DNA of 64,000 nt, from positions 160,001-224,000 of the forward strand of contig CAVYXJ010000010.1 of the NCBI GenBank assembly GCA_963772455.1, written 5' to 3'. The translations under genes and the position numbers were made by a program. Below are positions 59,945 to 64,000 of this stretch, piece after piece (positions within the stretch are counted from its first letter, which is position 1; each line of letters begins with the position of its first letter). This DNA is from Candidatus Bathyarchaeota archaeon. GTDB lineage: Archaea > Thermoproteota > Bathyarchaeia > Bathyarchaeales > Bathycorpusculaceae. Under the pieces are notes generated by a model. The model had not been told where the DNA came from. It ran no database searches and was given only the letters and a program-made list of their open reading frames with translations.

Positions 59945-61071
59945 TTACTGTTTGCCCATTGGGTTTTTGCGTAATGCTTCGATTGCTTTGGGATCTTCCT
60001 GCAAGATCTTAGGTATATAGTTGCATGCCGGATCTGATTCGAATAGGTCACCTGTGTAGAATTCTGCGCGTGTTCTGCATCCTCCGCATATCTCTCTATA
60101 TTCGCAAATTCCGCATCTGCCCTTGAGATTGCTCTTGTCACGTAGCTTAAGGTGTAATTCGCTCTTCTGGAGATTTTCCCATGCAGTTCGTAGTTTCGTT
60201 TCTTTGACATTGCCGATGCGGTAGCCTTCGTGGAAGCCGCAGCTTCGGTAGTCACCGTTTTCAGTGATGCCGATGTAGTTGCCGCCTATTGTGCATTTTC
60301 CAAGATATCCTTCGTTGTACCATTGCCAGAAGTCAGCAGGGTTTTTTTGTCGGACTATGCGCGCGTAAAAGGGTGCATAAACGTTGACTTTGACTTTTCC
60401 GTAGAGTTTACGTTGGATGTCGTAAATTTCATTGAACGCAGTTTCGTATTGTTCTGGTGTTGGAGCTATATCCTCCATGTGTTCTCCTGCTCTTCCGACT
60501 GGAACAAGGTTGTGGTAGACTAGCATGCGGGCTTTGTATTCTTCTGCGAGAGCAGCTGGATGAGCCATCTGATGGATGTTGTGCTTAGTCATGGTTGTGA
60601 CCAAGGCAGTCTAGCAACCCGACTTCACTAAGTTTTTTCATGGCGTGTAAGGCTTTGTCATAACCGCCTTTTCGTGCGGATCATGTCGTTTGTATCTTTG
60701 TTACCATCAATGCTGATTGCCGTGTGAACTTCATATTTGCGCAGTTTATCAAAGCGTTCCTCATCCCAAGCAAAGCCGCTTGTGATTAAGCTGACTTTCA
60801 TGCCGTGCTTTTTCTCTGCGTATTCGATAACTTCCCAAACGTCAGGTCTAACCAACGGTTCTCCGCCGCTAATTCCTAACCATTGCGAACCGAATTCTGC
60901 CATTTCATCAACCATATGTTTAGCCTGGGCAGTGTTCAGCTCTTGATCTTTTGCATATTCCTTGGTGTAACTACAATATGTGCAGCTGCCTACACAGTTG
61001 CGGGTGCATCGCCAAACAACCATGAACAATGGGGCTGTGATTGGATTCATTGAATTATTCATTGAATTCAC
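59945..61071 (-). CDS. Radical SAM/SPASM protein; two +1 frameshifts (about 60675 and 60605)
   Basis: CVGSCTYC, SGGEPL, ISIDG; bridging frame KGGYDKALHAMKKL; CTIG..GDYRSC, CGICEYREICGGCRTRA, DPAC. Confidence 0.85.
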
Positions 61072-61174
61072 AGAGTCAAGTTAAATTCGGCTAATCGATA
61101 TAAAACTTCCCCTAAAAAATTGAATTTCTATTTTTTTGTAAAAAATGCAGAAAATTCTGTTATGTTAGAAAAGC

Positions 61175-61630
61175 TTATTCTTTTTCAATTTGGTTTTTGC
61201 GTCTTTTTTGAAGCAATCCTTCTATTGTGAATACTGCCATTGCCAAACCTGTGATTAGTGTTAAGAGAAGAAAGAAAACTTTGAATTCTAGATTTTCACT
61301 CGAAAAATGAATGAATAAAACAACTAGTTCAACTAACAAAATTGATAAGAAAATCAGCGAATATAACCACATTTTTGGCATTAATCGATGTCCAAGCCAT
61401 AAATGTCCCTCAATTTGGGCTTTGCGTTTAACAGTATATTCACCATAATCATTTTTTTGCAGGTAACCTAAGTCTTCAAGTTTCTGTAGATGTCTGTAAG
61501 CAACACTTGGACTGCTGAGGTTGACTCCTTTCATAACGTCTCTGGGGCCTACAGGCTTCCCTTTTTTTACGGCGTGCAAATAGACATTTAACGTTATTCC
61601 TTCAAGTTCAACCTTATCGTTATTAGTCAA
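61175..61630 (-). CDS. Membrane-anchored winged-HTH protein
   Basis: GPRDVMKGVNLSSPSVAYRHLQKL then two TM helices. Confidence 0.8.
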   Translation of the reverse strand: MTNNDKVELEGITLNVYLHAVKKGKPVGPRDVMKGVNLSSPSVAYRHLQKLEDLGYLQKNDYGEYTVKRKAQIEGHLWLGHRLMPKMWLYSLIFLSILLVELVVLFIHFSSENLEFKVFFLLLTLITGLAMAVFTIEGLLQKRRKNQIEKE

Positions 61631-61951
61631 GTTATTTCACCTCATCTGAAGGATAATTACTTTTTGCGTGTATTAGCTTTACCTAAAAATTTTTTTTTCG
61701 AAGGTTTTGTCCGAAAAAGATTCTCTGAACACTTAGGTGCAATTCCAATCTGTACAATATTTCTTCGAAAGATTTCATTGAGAAAATATTTCTTCATGAA
61801 CGCACATTTTAAAACTGTATTTATAAATTTCAATATTTATCGGATACTGAGTAAGAAATTAAGTTAAATAACGCAAAAATCTTTCTCTTTCCGAAAGAGT
61901 TTAATATTTAACGCTTAGATAGCACTCTTAACATTTAAGAGGTAAAACAAA

Positions 61952-63067
61952 ATGAGCAAAGAAACCCCTCAAGATCTAGTTGTTAAATCCGCTCCCCACA
62001 TAACCGGTCCAATGTCCAAGAATCGTCTAATGCAATACACTTTTTTCGCCCTTCTTGCAGTTACAATCGTCTCAGCCGCTTTATGGTCTCAAACTACAAC
62101 TGTCTCAGGATGGAACTTAGGCTTAACCGTTGGTATCTGTGCACTATTAGCAGTCGGCATAGCCGTCGGAGTAGATTTGCTAATAGGCAAAATCACCTCC
62201 GATAGTGAAGTAAACACTTGGTCTGCAGCAGTCTTCGGCTTAATCGTGACTTGTTGTTATACACTGGGTACACCTTCCATGAACACTGAAGTAGGATTAC
62301 CCGTTGAAGCTCCACTAGCATTTGTCTATGTTGCCATAATTTCACTTTTAGGTATGCTGGTGTTTAAGAAACTTATGGGCTTAGCCGGCAGAAAGCTAGT
62401 AAACCCCGCAGCAGCAGCCAAATTCCTCGTACTTTTGCCAACTGTCACAACAACGCTTCTTGCAATCGACCACCTTAAATCAGGTCCCCTCCAAGTTCCT
62501 TCACTAGCAGGCGGAATCAGCGCATTATCAGTCATTTCAGGTAACGGCGGCGCAGCATTCGGCAGCTACATACAAGGATGTTATGCCAACCCATCCACAA
62601 TTGCCTCAGGTATGCCTGACATTACATCTTTAATGATCCTGGCAAAGTATCATGGATGGATAGGCGGAGCATCAAGCGTTGCAGTAATTATAGCTGGTGT
62701 AGCCCTCTTTATCTTGGCGCGAAAATACATCAAATGGAAAATTACCGTAAGCTACCTCGTCGCAATTGCAGTCCTTTCATTGATGTTCTCCTTCATCTTC
62801 GCAGACGGTGACTTAACCACAAGACTCCTCTTCGAGGTATTCATGGGTAGTTCGATATTCCTAGCGTTCTTCATGGCAACAGACCCTGCAACAACACCCT
62901 TAACTAGCATAGGACAAGTCATCTTCGGAATCGGATTAGCGATATTGACAATTCTTATACAGACATATCTGAACTTCTTCGGCGGTGCACTTATGGCATT
63001 ACTCATTATGAACTTGACAGTGCCACTCCTTGACCGAATAGGTATACACAAACCCTTTGGGAGATGA
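61952..63067 (+). CDS. rnfD: RnfD/NqrB-family membrane subunit
   Basis: SAPHI, SAAVFGL, NPAA, GWIGG, FFMATDPATTP, LLIMNLTVPLLD. Confidence 0.88.
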   Translation: MSKETPQDLVVKSAPHITGPMSKNRLMQYTFFALLAVTIVSAALWSQTTTVSGWNLGLTVGICALLAVGIAVGVDLLIGKITSDSEVNTWSAAVFGLIVTCCYTLGTPSMNTEVGLPVEAPLAFVYVAIISLLGMLVFKKLMGLAGRKLVNPAAAAKFLVLLPTVTTTLLAIDHLKSGPLQVPSLAGGISALSVISGNGGAAFGSYIQGCYANPSTIASGMPDITSLMILAKYHGWIGGASSVAVIIAGVALFILARKYIKWKITVSYLVAIAVLSLMFSFIFADGDLTTRLLFEVFMGSSIFLAFFMATDPATTPLTSIGQVIFGIGLAILTILIQTYLNFFGGALMALLIMNLTVPLLDRIGIHKPFGR

Positions 63068-64000
63068 ACAAAATGACAAACTATGTTGAAATAAAAGAAC
63101 ACAAAGAGAAAGCAAGAATCACACCCATAGAAGTATTCCCCGACCCAAAAGTCGCCATAGTCTTAACCTACCAACATACCGGAGCAATGAACAAACCTCT
63201 GGTCTCTGTTGGAGACACTGTTGCCATGGGACAAAAAATCGCAGACTCAAAAGAAAAAATAGCCGCTCCAGTACACAGCCCAATCTCCGGCAAAGTCATA
63301 AAAATCGGCGATATATACAACAGCTGCTACTCAGAATGCTCTGAAGCCATCTGGATTGAAAACGACAATAAAAACACAAAAGATAAGACACTAACACCCA
63401 TTGCTGAATCCGAACTTAAAAACACACCAAACGATGTTTTAATAAAACGAATACGGGACGCAGGTATCATAGGTTTAGGCGGTGCAGGATTTCCAACTAG
63501 CATAAAACTTTCAGTGCCCCAAGACAAACCAATAAAGACCCTTATCGTAAACGCTGCAGAAGGCGAACCATACGATACTGCCGACGAGAGGTTAATGATT
63601 GAAAAAGCTGAAAACCTACTTAGAGGCGTTAGAGTTGTTCGCAAAATCCTAGGAAACCCCAAAGTTATCGTTGCTACAAAAGTCAGCAAAATAGAAGCTG
63701 TACCTAAACTGGAAGCAGTCTTCGGCAAAGAACCAGACACACAAGTTATCGCTAAACACCTCAGTTACCAACAAGGTGACGCAAGCGTTCTCCAAAAAGC
63801 AATTTTGGGCTATGAACAACCACCAGGCAAACGCTCATACGAAAGCGGCACCATAGTGCAAAACGTTGCAACCCTAAACGCAATTGCAAACGCAGTTTTC
63901 GAAGGCGAACCATTAATCTCAAGAGTCACAACACTAAACGGCGACGTCAAAGAACCAAAGAACATACTTGTCAAAATAGGCACTCCAATAAGTAGCATCC
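63064..64000 (+). CDS. rnfC: RnfC-family flavoprotein, runs off window edge; not in ORF track
   Basis: QHTGA..KPLVSVGD.V..GQKIA, PVHSPISGKV, AGIIGLGGAGFPT, LIVNAAEGEPY; ATG at 63064 or 63073. Confidence 0.92.
   Translation, partial: MNKMTNYVEIKEHKEKARITPIEVFPDPKVAIVLTYQHTGAMNKPLVSVGDTVAMGQKIADSKEKIAAPVHSPISGKVIKIGDIYNSCYSECSEAIWIENDNKNTKDKTLTPIAESELKNTPNDVLIKRIRDAGIIGLGGAGFPTSIKLSVPQDKPIKTLIVNAAEGEPYDTADERLMIEKAENLLRGVRVVRKILGNPKVIVATKVSKIEAVPKLEAVFGKEPDTQVIAKHLSYQQGDASVLQKAILGYEQPPGKRSYESGTIVQNVATLNAIANAVFEGEPLISRVTTLNGDVKEPKNILVKIGTPISSI

Noticed and set aside
28100-60700. Frameshifts in the PQQ, both GT-C-like, B12 radical SAM and SPASM genes as programmed frameshifting or phase variation
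   Set aside because: Those I traced are single-base insertions with no shared slippery motif, clustered at 38.7-39.2 kb, in otherwise undecayed genes. Long-read consensus error is most likely; needs read-level checking.

Overview
Archaeal chromosomal window, most consistent with Bathyarchaeia (inferred from gene content: cdhABCDE, Ftr, MtrH, CofE, a Zn-ribbon Cren7-like protein, PEF-CTERM, GPN-loop GTPase). It holds a Wood-Ljungdahl block (cofE, metF-like, frhB-like, two cooC, cdhABCDE), an early purine cluster, two trehalose genes, tRNA-Gly(CCC) with a decayed terminase next to it, two GT-C-like membrane genes, a corrinoid protein-MtrH pair, two B12/radical-SAM paralogs, a cbiZ neighbourhood, bacterial-type metK and the start of an atypical rnfD-rnfC locus. 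Top finding: the purine cluster encodes steps 1, 2, 4 and 5 (purF, purD, purSLQ, purM) but no purN/purT. Directly after purD, with coupled start/stop codons, sit a HAD hydrolase, a divergent Ftr paralog and a PfkB kinase. The same triad, as I recall, closes the Methanothermobacter eha operon (ehaR/S/T). It is a candidate for the missing archaeal GAR formyltransferase step. Three genes appear to need non-canonical starts (ATA, CTG, possibly ACG). Several +1 frameshifts look like sequencing errors. All family calls are by-eye motif recognition; no searches were run.
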